Source: Candidatus Moraniibacteriota bacterium (lineage in GTDB: Bacteria; Patescibacteriota; Minisyncoccia; Moranbacterales; UBA2206). From it: DNA of 64,000 nucleotides. Numbering within the stretch: position 1 is the stretch's first letter; every line of letters starts with the position of its first letter. The DNA lies in NCBI GenBank assembly GCA_013334765.1, contig JAAXWW010000002.1, forward strand, positions 21,453 through 85,452, read 5' to 3'. Below, in pieces: positions 10,270 to 18,098 of this stretch. Position numbers and translations under genes: made by a program. The notes under the pieces were generated by a model. That model was not told the DNA's origin and searched no databases. It was given only the letters and a program-made list of their open reading frames with translations.

Positions 10270-10968
10270 ATGGACATCCTAGGCATCAGAATCGACAATT
10301 TTACTCAAAAAGAAATTATTGAAAAGATAGTTTTCTTTTTTTCGGAAGAAAAGCTCCATCAGGTTGCGACTGTCAATCCTGAATTCATTCTCGAAGCTCA
10401 GAAAAACGAACTCTCCCGTGAAATCCTCAACTCCTGCGATCTGAATGTCGCTGACGGATTCGGCATATCCTGCGCTTTCTTGAGATACGGGAAAATGCTG
10501 AAAGCACGAATCCCGGGAGCTGATCTTGTCCATGAAATCCTCAGGATTGCCGACCAAAAAAAAATGGGCGTATTCCTGGCAATAAATAAAGACGGGCTCA
10601 GTGGTTTTCAGGAAATCAAGGATGCTATTTCGAAAACATATCCCAATATAGCCGTTTCCAGTGCTGATTTGGACAGAAATGACACAAAATATCAATTGCC
10701 AGACAGTGCCGGGAGCATACTGTTTTGCAACTTCGGCCATCCGCAGCAGGAAGCCTTCATAAATAGCCAAAAATGTGGTAATATTAGACTCGCGATGGGA
10801 GTAGGCGGCAGTTTCGATTATCTGACTGGAAAAGTGAAACGTGCCCCGATTTTCATGCAACGCCTCGGGCTGGAATGGCTGTTTCGCTTGATCCGGCAGC
10901 CGAAAAGAATCGGCAGGATATGGAGAGCGGTCGTAGTTTTCCCAATAAGAATAGTCTTGAATAAATAA
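10270..10968 (+). CDS. WecB/TagA/CpsF family glycosyltransferase
   Basis: TVNPE, ADG, RIPGADL, G.PQQE, MGVGGSFD, RAP...LGLEWLFRL. Confidence 0.93.
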   Translation: MDILGIRIDNFTQKEIIEKIVFFFSEEKLHQVATVNPEFILEAQKNELSREILNSCDLNVADGFGISCAFLRYGKMLKARIPGADLVHEILRIADQKKMGVFLAINKDGLSGFQEIKDAISKTYPNIAVSSADLDRNDTKYQLPDSAGSILFCNFGHPQQEAFINSQKCGNIRLAMGVGGSFDYLTGKVKRAPIFMQRLGLEWLFRLIRQPKRIGRIWRAVVVFPIRIVLNK

Positions 10969-10969
10969 T

Positions 10970-11419
10970 ATGAAAAAAGGAGTAGATTATATAGGTGTCG
11001 GATGCGGAGCTATGATATTCAATGCGGACGGGAAAGTGTTTCTGGCAAAAAGAGGCCCGAACGCAAGAAACGAATCCGGCAAGTGGGATTTTCCCGGAGG
11101 AGGAGTAGAATTCAGCGAAAGATGCGAAGACGCATTGAAAAGGGAAATAAAAGAAGAATACGATATAGAAATAGAAATCATAGAGCTCCTCGACGTCGTC
11201 AGCCACATTTTGCACGAAGAGAAACAGCACTGGGTTTCCCCGTCATACATAGCCAAAATAACTTCCGGCGAACCGAAAATAATGGAACCGGAAAAATGCG
11301 AAGAGATCAAGTGGATAGAATTGAAAGATATTGATTCTGACTCTCTCACGTTAACAAGCCAATCTGATATAAAAAAATATACGGAAAAATACGGATTCGA
11401 TACGCCAAAGATCCAATAA
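10970..11419 (+). CDS. NUDIX hydrolase
   Basis: PGGGVEFSERCEDALKREIKEE Nudix box; IMEPEKCEE. Confidence 0.9.
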   Translation: MKKGVDYIGVGCGAMIFNADGKVFLAKRGPNARNESGKWDFPGGGVEFSERCEDALKREIKEEYDIEIEIIELLDVVSHILHEEKQHWVSPSYIAKITSGEPKIMEPEKCEEIKWIELKDIDSDSLTLTSQSDIKKYTEKYGFDTPKIQ

Positions 11420-11424
11420 ATGAT

Positions 11425-12954
11425 ATGAACAAAACAAGAGTCAGATTCGCACCATCACCGACCGGATATCTTCATATCGGAAGCCTCCGGACGGTTCTGT
11501 ATGATTATCTTTTCGCCAAAAAATCCGGCGCTGATTTCATTTTGCGCGTCGAGGATACCGACAGGAAGCGCTATGTCCCCGGATCGGTCGAAAAACTGAT
11601 CGAATCGCTCGAATGGGCAGGCTTGAAATGGGATGAAGGAATTTTCACGCAAAAAGAAATAGCCGACGACAGAGCAACCGTCACTGAATCTGTCTCATAT
11701 CCTGGAACATTCGAAGCCGGGGAATACGGCCCATATGTCCAGTCCGAACGGCTGGAGCTGTATAGGAAATATGCCGAGGAATTAGTGGAGAAAGGACATG
11801 CCTACTATTGCTTCTGTATGCCGGAGAGATTGGAAGAACTGAGAAACCAGCAATCGGCCGCTAAGCAGGCGCCGATGTATGACAGATACTGCCTCACCGA
11901 TTTGAGTCAGGAAGAGATAAACAAAAAACTGAAAGAGGAATGTCCGCATGTCATCCGCCTCAAAGTTCCCAAAGATGAAATCATAGAATTCGAAGATGTG
12001 GTTCGAGGCAAAGTGAAATTCAACACCAACACTACTGATGACCAGGTGCTTTTGAAATCGGACGGGTTCCCGACATATCATCTGGCGGTCGTCGTCGATG
12101 ATCATTTGATGAACATCACGCATGTCATCCGCGGCGAAGAATGGTTGCCCAGTACGCCGAAGCACATCATCCTATACAAAGCACTAGGATGGGAACCGCC
12201 GAAATTTGCCCATCTTCCGCTGCTTCTCAATCCCGACAAAACCAAACTATCCAAACGCCAGGGCGATGTCGCCGTTGAGGATTATACCGCGAAAGGATAT
12301 CTCAAAGAAGCGATCATAAACTTCGTCGCGTTGCTCGGTTGGAATCCGGGAGACGGCGAAACCCAGGAAATTTTCAGCATGGAAGAATTGATTGAAAAAT
12401 TCGACTTGTCCCGTGTCCATAAAGCCGGAGCTGTTTTCGATATCAAGAAATTGGATTGGATAAACAGCGAATATATAAAGAGGCTTTCCCTGGATGAACT
12501 GCATGAAAAAGCGCTGCCGTTTTTCGAAAAGAAGGATTTCTATATCAACGCCCCGACAGAAAGAAAAACGGATGAATATCTCAAAAAAGTATTGGCTATC
12601 GAGCAGGAAAGGCTAGCCAAACTTTCCGAGGTGGGGGAGAGCAACAGATTCTTTTTTCAGGATATCGATTATGCGAAGGAACTATTGAAATGGAAAGAAT
12701 CGAGCGAAGAAGATACGAAGGCTTCTCTCCAGAAAACGAAAGATGTCTTGGAAAAGATTTCCGATTCCGATTGGACAAGAGAAAATCTGCAGAATCTCCT
12801 CATGGAGGCAGCCGGCGAAAAGAGGGGAGACCTGCTCTGGCCGCTCCGCGCATCGCTCACCGGAGAACAGAAATCGCCTTCCCCTTTCGAAGTGGCTTGG
12901 GTGCTTGGCAAAGATGAGTCATTGAAAAGAATAGGACGAGCTATTGAAAAATAG
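11425..12954 (+). CDS. gltX: Glutamate-tRNA ligase
   Basis: RFAPSPTGYLHIG, R.EDTD, KSDGFPTYH, RGEEW, KLSKR. Confidence 0.97.
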   Translation: MNKTRVRFAPSPTGYLHIGSLRTVLYDYLFAKKSGADFILRVEDTDRKRYVPGSVEKLIESLEWAGLKWDEGIFTQKEIADDRATVTESVSYPGTFEAGEYGPYVQSERLELYRKYAEELVEKGHAYYCFCMPERLEELRNQQSAAKQAPMYDRYCLTDLSQEEINKKLKEECPHVIRLKVPKDEIIEFEDVVRGKVKFNTNTTDDQVLLKSDGFPTYHLAVVVDDHLMNITHVIRGEEWLPSTPKHIILYKALGWEPPKFAHLPLLLNPDKTKLSKRQGDVAVEDYTAKGYLKEAIINFVALLGWNPGDGETQEIFSMEELIEKFDLSRVHKAGAVFDIKKLDWINSEYIKRLSLDELHEKALPFFEKKDFYINAPTERKTDEYLKKVLAIEQERLAKLSEVGESNRFFFQDIDYAKELLKWKESSEEDTKASLQKTKDVLEKISDSDWTRENLQNLLMEAAGEKRGDLLWPLRASLTGEQKSPSPFEVAWVLGKDESLKRIGRAIEK

Positions 12955-12987
12955 AAGCAGCCATAAAAACACATACCGAATCAGCAA

Positions 12988-14253
12988 ATGCAAAAAAATA
13001 GAAAAACAAACCGAATATTTTTCTCCGGAATCGCGATGACTGGAATAGTCCTATCGGCGCTATATTTTTCAACATTCTCATTCGCAAATGCATCATTGTC
13101 TTTCAATTGCGATGACTATGAGGGAGACATGAAAGACGAATGCGAAGAGAAACAGAAAACTGCCAGGACACTGGAAAGCATAATAAAACTGAAGGAAAAA
13201 CAAGCCGATGTCATCACGACGCAGCTTGATACCATAAACAAGCAACAAGAAAAGAATGTTTCAGACCTTCAGCTTACAAAAAAAACGGTTGAGGATCTCG
13301 CAAGAAAAATAAACGATCTCGACCGCGACATAGCCGACAAAGAAAATCTCATACAGTCGCAAAAAAAACTTCTCACCGGGCTGATGCAGTCATACTATGA
13401 ATATGACCAGCAAGGAACCCTGGATGTTGTTTTGGCTGATCAGGATTTCTCGACGACCTTCGCCCAATCGGATAATATCGAACAGTCAGAAATGAAGGTC
13501 TCCGACATATTGAACACGATAAAGGAAGCCCGCCAGGAATTGCTCCAGGAAAAATCAGATATTTCCGAAAACAAAGAGAAACATTCCGAGATGAAAGAGA
13601 ATCTGGAAAAGAAAGGATTGGACCTCCAATATACCGAAGACCAGAAACAGAAACTGCTTGGACAGACCCAGGCTGAAAAAGAGAAATACGAAAAGCAATT
13701 GAATGATGTCCGCAATGAAATCTATGACCTGGAATCGAACAAAAGCGTTGACTATGGAAACATACCAGCAGCCAAGGGCGGATATTTCGATTATCCCGTT
13801 TCGAAGCCTTCCATAACCCAAAGCTACGGATGCTTGCAGAATTCATTCGCAAAAGCATCCTATCCGGCGTGCAACGGAGGGAAAGGAGGATTCCACAACG
13901 GATTCGATTTTGGAAGCAATAGCGGCTCGACGATATTCGCCGTAAAAAGCGGAAAGGTCATAGGTTCAGGAAACAATGGAAGATATGCCTATGGGCAATG
14001 GATTGCGATCGATCATGGCGACGGCCTAGTGACACTATACGGGCATCTAAGCAAAAAATACGTTTCAAAGGGCGATCAGGTCGATGACGGAGAAAAAATA
14101 GGAATCATGGGAAACACCGGTTATTCGACCGGAACCCATCTTCATTTTTCAGTTTTCGACAAAAAAAGCTTTGAAACCGTAGAATCAACTAAAGTCGATG
14201 GATTGATACTTCCGACTGGCGCCAGCGTGAGCCCGGGAAGATATTTGAAATAG
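12988..14253 (+). CDS. Secreted coiled-coil M23 peptidase (peptidoglycan hydrolase)
   Basis: Signal/TM segment, long coiled coil, HNGFD, YGHL, STGTHLHF. Confidence 0.9.
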   Translation: MQKNRKTNRIFFSGIAMTGIVLSALYFSTFSFANASLSFNCDDYEGDMKDECEEKQKTARTLESIIKLKEKQADVITTQLDTINKQQEKNVSDLQLTKKTVEDLARKINDLDRDIADKENLIQSQKKLLTGLMQSYYEYDQQGTLDVVLADQDFSTTFAQSDNIEQSEMKVSDILNTIKEARQELLQEKSDISENKEKHSEMKENLEKKGLDLQYTEDQKQKLLGQTQAEKEKYEKQLNDVRNEIYDLESNKSVDYGNIPAAKGGYFDYPVSKPSITQSYGCLQNSFAKASYPACNGGKGGFHNGFDFGSNSGSTIFAVKSGKVIGSGNNGRYAYGQWIAIDHGDGLVTLYGHLSKKYVSKGDQVDDGEKIGIMGNTGYSTGTHLHFSVFDKKSFETVESTKVDGLILPTGASVSPGRYLK

Positions 14254-14383
14254 TTTCAAAATACCGAAAAAAACAATCAGCCTTCCCCTATCAAAAAACT
14301 AATTTCAAGAGGGGATAGCCAGACGGGAAATTCAAGACACATATACCCCCGATTGGTATTATCAAAACAGACCCAAAGAAACC

Positions 14384-14420
14384 AAACAAGCGACTCCTTA
14401 ACCAATCGCTTGTTTTTTTT
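14384..14420 (+). terminator. Intrinsic terminator
   Basis: AAACAAGCGA...TCGCTTGTTT followed by a T run. Confidence 0.7.
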
Positions 14421-15111
14421 ATTTTCTAAAAAATATTATTTGCATGCACATAATTTTATTTCATATTTTTTATTTTCATCAAAATAATTTCAAGAAAATA
14501 TTTTTTCGAATCGATGATCGCTTTTTGTCCATTCATGTCATCGGATTCACAAAAACAATGATTCCTGAAAAATCATCAAAAAACGACCTCAAATTTTGAG
14601 CTCTAAGCGTCTTTGAAAAATATGGACATACATCTATGTATCTGTATTTGATCGATTCTGGAAAAAAATCAAAGCATTTTATTTTTGAAATAAAAAAAAA
14701 TAAAAAAATAATATAACGACAGCTAATAGGTTAAGAGTAGAGGAATGAAATAAAAAAATATTTTTTATTATCTGCGTATTAAAAAACAATCTGTTCTGAA
14801 AAAATAAAATACGGATAGGGAATAGCGGGTTCAAAAGACGCCGAGGCTCAAATAGGCGTATATATGGGAATAAGCCCTTTTTCTGAAATGCACAGTGTCG
14901 TAAAAGATACATTGTGCGACACTGTATATATTTCCGCAGGGACAACTCCCCGCTTATTTTCTTCCTATTTTCGAACTCAATAATACCTTCGGAAATATTC
15001 TCCTCGCTCCTCTATTCCTCATATAAAAAAAGCGATTCAAAAAAAATAATACTCTTCTTCATCTATTCCTGCCTCCGTCTGTTATCCTCGTATTTTAAAT
15101 AGTTTTCTTTA

Positions 15112-15139
15112 TTTGACATAAATGTATTTTATGTTATAA
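15112..15139. other. dif-like XerC/XerD recombination site (candidate)
   Basis: TTTGACATAAA-TGTATT-TTATGTTATAA versus E. coli dif GGTGCGCATAA-TGTATA-TTATGTTAAAT. Confidence 0.45.
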
Positions 15140-15150
15140 ATAATAACTCT

Positions 15151-15190
15151 AAAAAAGCCGCCCGGTGAAATGATCTCCACTGGGCGACTA
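15151..15190 (-). terminator. Intrinsic terminator of the minus-strand small-ORF pair
   Basis: Minus strand reads AGTCGCCCAGTGGAGATCATTTCACCGGGCGGCTTTTTT. Confidence 0.8.
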
Positions 15191-15220
15191 TGAAATGTGC
15201 AAGGAACGGAGCGGGCCTAT

Positions 15221-15400
15221 CTAGGCAGCTGCCTTCTCTCTCGCTAAGGGACAACCGTGCTCCGCTGAGCAGAGGATGACCTCGGCAGGATCGTTAGCCC
15301 GCAAGCATGGACACGCTCTCGGATTCCTGACCGGACATGGTTTTTTAGCGAGATTATCCCCATGAACATGGCCCACGGATTCCGATCCTTCCCTAATCAT
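15221..15400 (-). CDS. Small Cys-rich orphan protein (59 aa), ends in -AAA
   Basis: Manual translation MIREGSESVGHVHGDNLAKKPCPVRNPRACPCLRANDPAEVILCSAEHGCPLAREKAAA; AAGGTG upstream; lies between a promoter and a terminator. Confidence 0.55.
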   Translation of the reverse strand: MIREGSESVGHVHGDNLAKKPCPVRNPRACPCLRANDPAEVILCSAEHGCPLAREKAAA

Positions 15401-15427
15401 ATGGCGTTACCCACCTTTTTAAAAGGT

Positions 15428-15556
15428 TTAATCCTCTTGACCAACAAAGCCAAGTTCCCTTCCATTATTGCCTCCATGTAGAGAGGCCTTCTCTACTGAA
15501 TAAATGGCCAGGAAACCGAAAACAAGCACAACGCAAAAGACTAGAGAAAGCAACAT
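15428..15556 (-). CDS. Small single-TM orphan protein (42 aa)
   Basis: MLLSLVFCVVLVFGFLAIYSVEKASLHGGNNGRELGFVGQED; GAGGG upstream; promoter about 60 bp upstream. Confidence 0.5.
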   Translation of the reverse strand: MLLSLVFCVVLVFGFLAIYSVEKASLHGGNNGRELGFVGQED

Positions 15557-15614
15557 TGGGCAATTCCCTCGCTTGTTTATGTTGATATTTGTCAAGGACC
15601 GATTTAATTTCCGT

Positions 15615-15643
15615 ATTGTAGCGCTTATATGGATTTATGTAAA
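15615..15643 (-). promoter_or_regulatory. Sigma70 promoter
   Basis: TTTACA-17 bp-TACAAT on the minus strand. Confidence 0.65.
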
Positions 15644-15664
15644 TAGCAGCGAAGTGATGGGGTG

Positions 15665-15693
15665 TTGACGATCTATTCGTATTATGATACATT
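15665..15693 (+). promoter_or_regulatory. Sigma70 promoter
   Basis: TTGACG-17 bp-TACATT with an extended TG. Confidence 0.7.
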
Positions 15694-15721
15694 CTCAGGC
15701 TAGGCAAAAGGAGGCCGAGAG

Positions 15722-15871
15722 ATGAAAGGGATAATGTCCTATCTTTCAAGAGTTTTGGAATGGTGGCAGATAATAGCGTTATTATTGATAATAATCGTAA
15801 TACTACTGCCCCTCATCTGTTCATATTCCATATGGATCCACTCCATACTAATAAGAAACCTTTTCAATTAA
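15722..15871 (+). CDS. Small hydrophobic membrane protein (49 aa)
   Basis: AAGGAGG 7 nt before the ATG; MKGIMSYLSRVLEWWQIIALLLIIIVILLPLICSYSIWIHSILIRNLFN; terminator directly after. Confidence 0.7.
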   Translation: MKGIMSYLSRVLEWWQIIALLLIIIVILLPLICSYSIWIHSILIRNLFN

Positions 15872-15905
15872 GCCGCTGCTCCCAAACGTGGGAACGGCGG
15901 CTTTT
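15870..15905 (+). terminator. Intrinsic terminator
   Basis: AAGCCGCTG...CGGCGGCTTTT. Confidence 0.75.
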
Positions 15906-15938
15906 AATGTCGTGCTATGAATCTTCTTCAGATGAGAC

Positions 15939-16319
15939 TTATTTTTTCTTCCGATAATCCTCTATCGCCGCGTGCAATGCGTCGCTGGCCAGGTTGGAGC
16001 AATGCATCTTGATCGGTGGCAGTCCGCCAAGCGATTCGGCTACCGAATCCCTTGAGATTTTCATCGCTTCATCGATGGTTTTCCCTTTTGCCATATCAGT
16101 GACCATCGATGAGGTGGCAATCGCGCTGGCGCAGCCAAGGGTTTCGAACTTGATATCCGAAATGAACTCCCCTGCCGTCTTATCCTTCTTGACCTTGATA
16201 TATATCTTCATCAAATCGCCACAGACCGGATTCCCGACCATGCCGGTTCCGCTCGGGTTCTTGATGACGCCCTGATTATGAGGGCGCGTAAAATGCTCTA
16301 TGACTTTTCTTGAATACAT
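15939..16319 (-). CDS. iscU: Fe-S cluster scaffold IscU/NifU-N
   Basis: MYS.KVIEHF..P.N.G, NPVCGD, GCASAIATSS, KMHCS. Confidence 0.93.
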   Translation of the reverse strand: MYSRKVIEHFTRPHNQGVIKNPSGTGMVGNPVCGDLMKIYIKVKKDKTAGEFISDIKFETLGCASAIATSSMVTDMAKGKTIDEAMKISRDSVAESLGGLPPIKMHCSNLASDALHAAIEDYRKKK

Positions 16320-16355
16320 ATAGTTTGTACTTATTTAAATACTTACCTGTTTCAT

Positions 16356-17612
16356 TTAGTGGCAAGCGCAGCTGTCAGCCTCGCCTTTCTTGTTATCGTA
16401 ATATTCTTCCAGTATATCTCCGGAAACCTTCCTCAGCTTTCCGACAACTTTCTTGAGCTTCTCGATGAACATCTCGATTTCCCTTTTCGTCGTGTGCCGG
16501 CCGAGCGTCACCCGGAGCGATCCATGAGCGTCTTCGTGCTTGAGCCCGATAGCGAGAAGCACATGGGACGGATCAAGCGAACCTGACGAGCAAGCCGAGC
16601 CGGTGGAACAGGCAACGCCTTCCATGTCGAGATAGAGAAGCAGGCTCTCCCCTTCCGTGTCGCGGAAACTGAAATTGGCATTGTTGGGAGAACGCTTTTC
16701 CGCCGAACCGTTGAGGCGCGTTTTGGGGATTTCTTTCGTGACGCGTTCGATCATGTAGTCTCTCAGGAGTTCCATCCTTTTTATGTCTTTCTTCTGGTTC
16801 TTTTCGACAAGCCTGATGGCCTGCCCAAGACCCACGATTCCGGGAGAATTGAGCGTCCCGGCCCGCTTTCCGGATTCCTGCTCTCCCCCATCCTGAACCT
16901 GCTTTATCCTCGTTCCTTTCTTCACATACAGCGCTCCGACGCCTTTCGGGCCATATATCTTGTGCGCTGACATAGACAAAAGATCAACCCCGATATTCCC
17001 GACGTTGCAATCGAAATAGTTGACTGCCTGCGTGGCATCGGTATGGAACAAAGGATATGCTTTGTCTTTCGAAGCATTCTTCTTTTCATTGATAATTTTC
17101 CCTATCTCGGCAATCGGCTGAACCGTCCCGATTTCATTATTAACATACATGACCGAGACCAGGATAGTGTTTTCCTTGATGGCCTCTTTCACGTCTTTCG
17201 CTTTGACTATCCCGTCGCTATATACCGGCAAATACGTCACTTCGGCAATCCCTTCCTTCTCCAGATTCTGACAGGCCTTCAGGATGCAGCTATGTTCGAA
17301 CTGGGTAGTGATGATGTGCGGCTTCCTGACCTTATTGCTTTCGTCTCGAAAATATGCCCGGATAACGCCCTTTATCGCCAGATTGTTCGATTCCGTCGCG
17401 CCGCTCGTGAAGATTATCTCCTCAGGCGCCGCGTTGAAAAAGCCGGCCAGGATCTTGCGCGATTCACCGACCGCTTCGGCCGCTTCCTGCCCGAATGAAT
17501 GAAGCGAAGAAGCATTGCCAAACTTTTCCGAAAAATACGGCAGCATTGCTTCCAGCACTTCCGGATCAACCGGAGTGGTCGCAGCATGGTCAAGATATAT
17601 TCTTTTTGGCAT
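16356..17612 (-). CDS. iscS: Cysteine desulfurase IscS/NifS
   Basis: YLDHAATTP, FTSGATESNN, NNEIG, SAHKIYGPKG, STGSACSS; start taken at MPKRIY. Confidence 0.95.
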   Translation of the reverse strand: MPKRIYLDHAATTPVDPEVLEAMLPYFSEKFGNASSLHSFGQEAAEAVGESRKILAGFFNAAPEEIIFTSGATESNNLAIKGVIRAYFRDESNKVRKPHIITTQFEHSCILKACQNLEKEGIAEVTYLPVYSDGIVKAKDVKEAIKENTILVSVMYVNNEIGTVQPIAEIGKIINEKKNASKDKAYPLFHTDATQAVNYFDCNVGNIGVDLLSMSAHKIYGPKGVGALYVKKGTRIKQVQDGGEQESGKRAGTLNSPGIVGLGQAIRLVEKNQKKDIKRMELLRDYMIERVTKEIPKTRLNGSAEKRSPNNANFSFRDTEGESLLLYLDMEGVACSTGSACSSGSLDPSHVLLAIGLKHEDAHGSLRVTLGRHTTKREIEMFIEKLKKVVGKLRKVSGDILEEYYDNKKGEADSCACH

Positions 17613-17620
17613 ATTTTTTT

Positions 17621-18004
17621 TTAAATTAATTTGCTTAATCTTATTCCAAATAATGTTTCCCTTATCTTGGCGTTGAGCGTTCCCCAGACAAGGCTCGAGG
17701 AGCATTTGCCGCTCATGGCACAGCCTTCATGGTCGCACTTGGAAACGAGCGGGCCTTCCAGGACTTCGACTATTTCCCCTACTGAAATGGCTGCCGGTTT
17801 TTTCGAAAGCACATATCCCCCGTTCTTTCCTTTGCTGCTTTCAACCAAGCTGCTTTTTCTCAGATCCCCCACGATGCGTTCGAGATATTTCATGGAAATA
17901 TTCTCTTCGACGGATATTTCTTTGATATTCTTTTTTTCCGGATAGACCCTGGCTAGATTGACCATGGCGCGCAGCCCGTATTCCGCTTTGGTGGAGAATT
18001 TCAT
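17621..18004 (-). CDS. Rrf2 family regulator, IscR-like (three Cys)
   Basis: STKAEYGLRAM, YLE, S.KG..GGY.L, CDHEGCAMSGKC. Confidence 0.9.
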   Translation of the reverse strand: MKFSTKAEYGLRAMVNLARVYPEKKNIKEISVEENISMKYLERIVGDLRKSSLVESSKGKNGGYVLSKKPAAISVGEIVEVLEGPLVSKCDHEGCAMSGKCSSSLVWGTLNAKIRETLFGIRLSKLI

Positions 18005-18008
18005 TATA

Positions 18009-18065
18009 TATAATCCTACTCTTTTAGTATGCTTTAATGTTACAAAAAGACGCCTGACTTGTCAA
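18009..18065 (-). promoter_or_regulatory. Promoter and putative Rrf2 operator
   Basis: TTGACA-17 bp-TAACAT, then the imperfect palindrome AAAGCATACTAAAAGAGTAGGATTAT. Confidence 0.6.
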
Positions 18066-18098
18066 GCGTCTTTTGAAGGCTTATTTAAAGCAATACCA

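Noticed and set aside
14679-15102. ORF-track ORFs 14679-14945 and 14914-15102
   Set aside because: Low-complexity F/I/L/K translations of AT-rich DNA with weak starts
14254-15150. Replication origin
   Set aside because: No cluster of TTATCCACA DnaA boxes seen, and no dnaA/dnaN nearby
15221-15610. tmRNA, suggested by the AND...AAA peptide
   Set aside because: No tRNA-like acceptor or T-arm ends were recognised; the frame has its own ATG and SD-like motif
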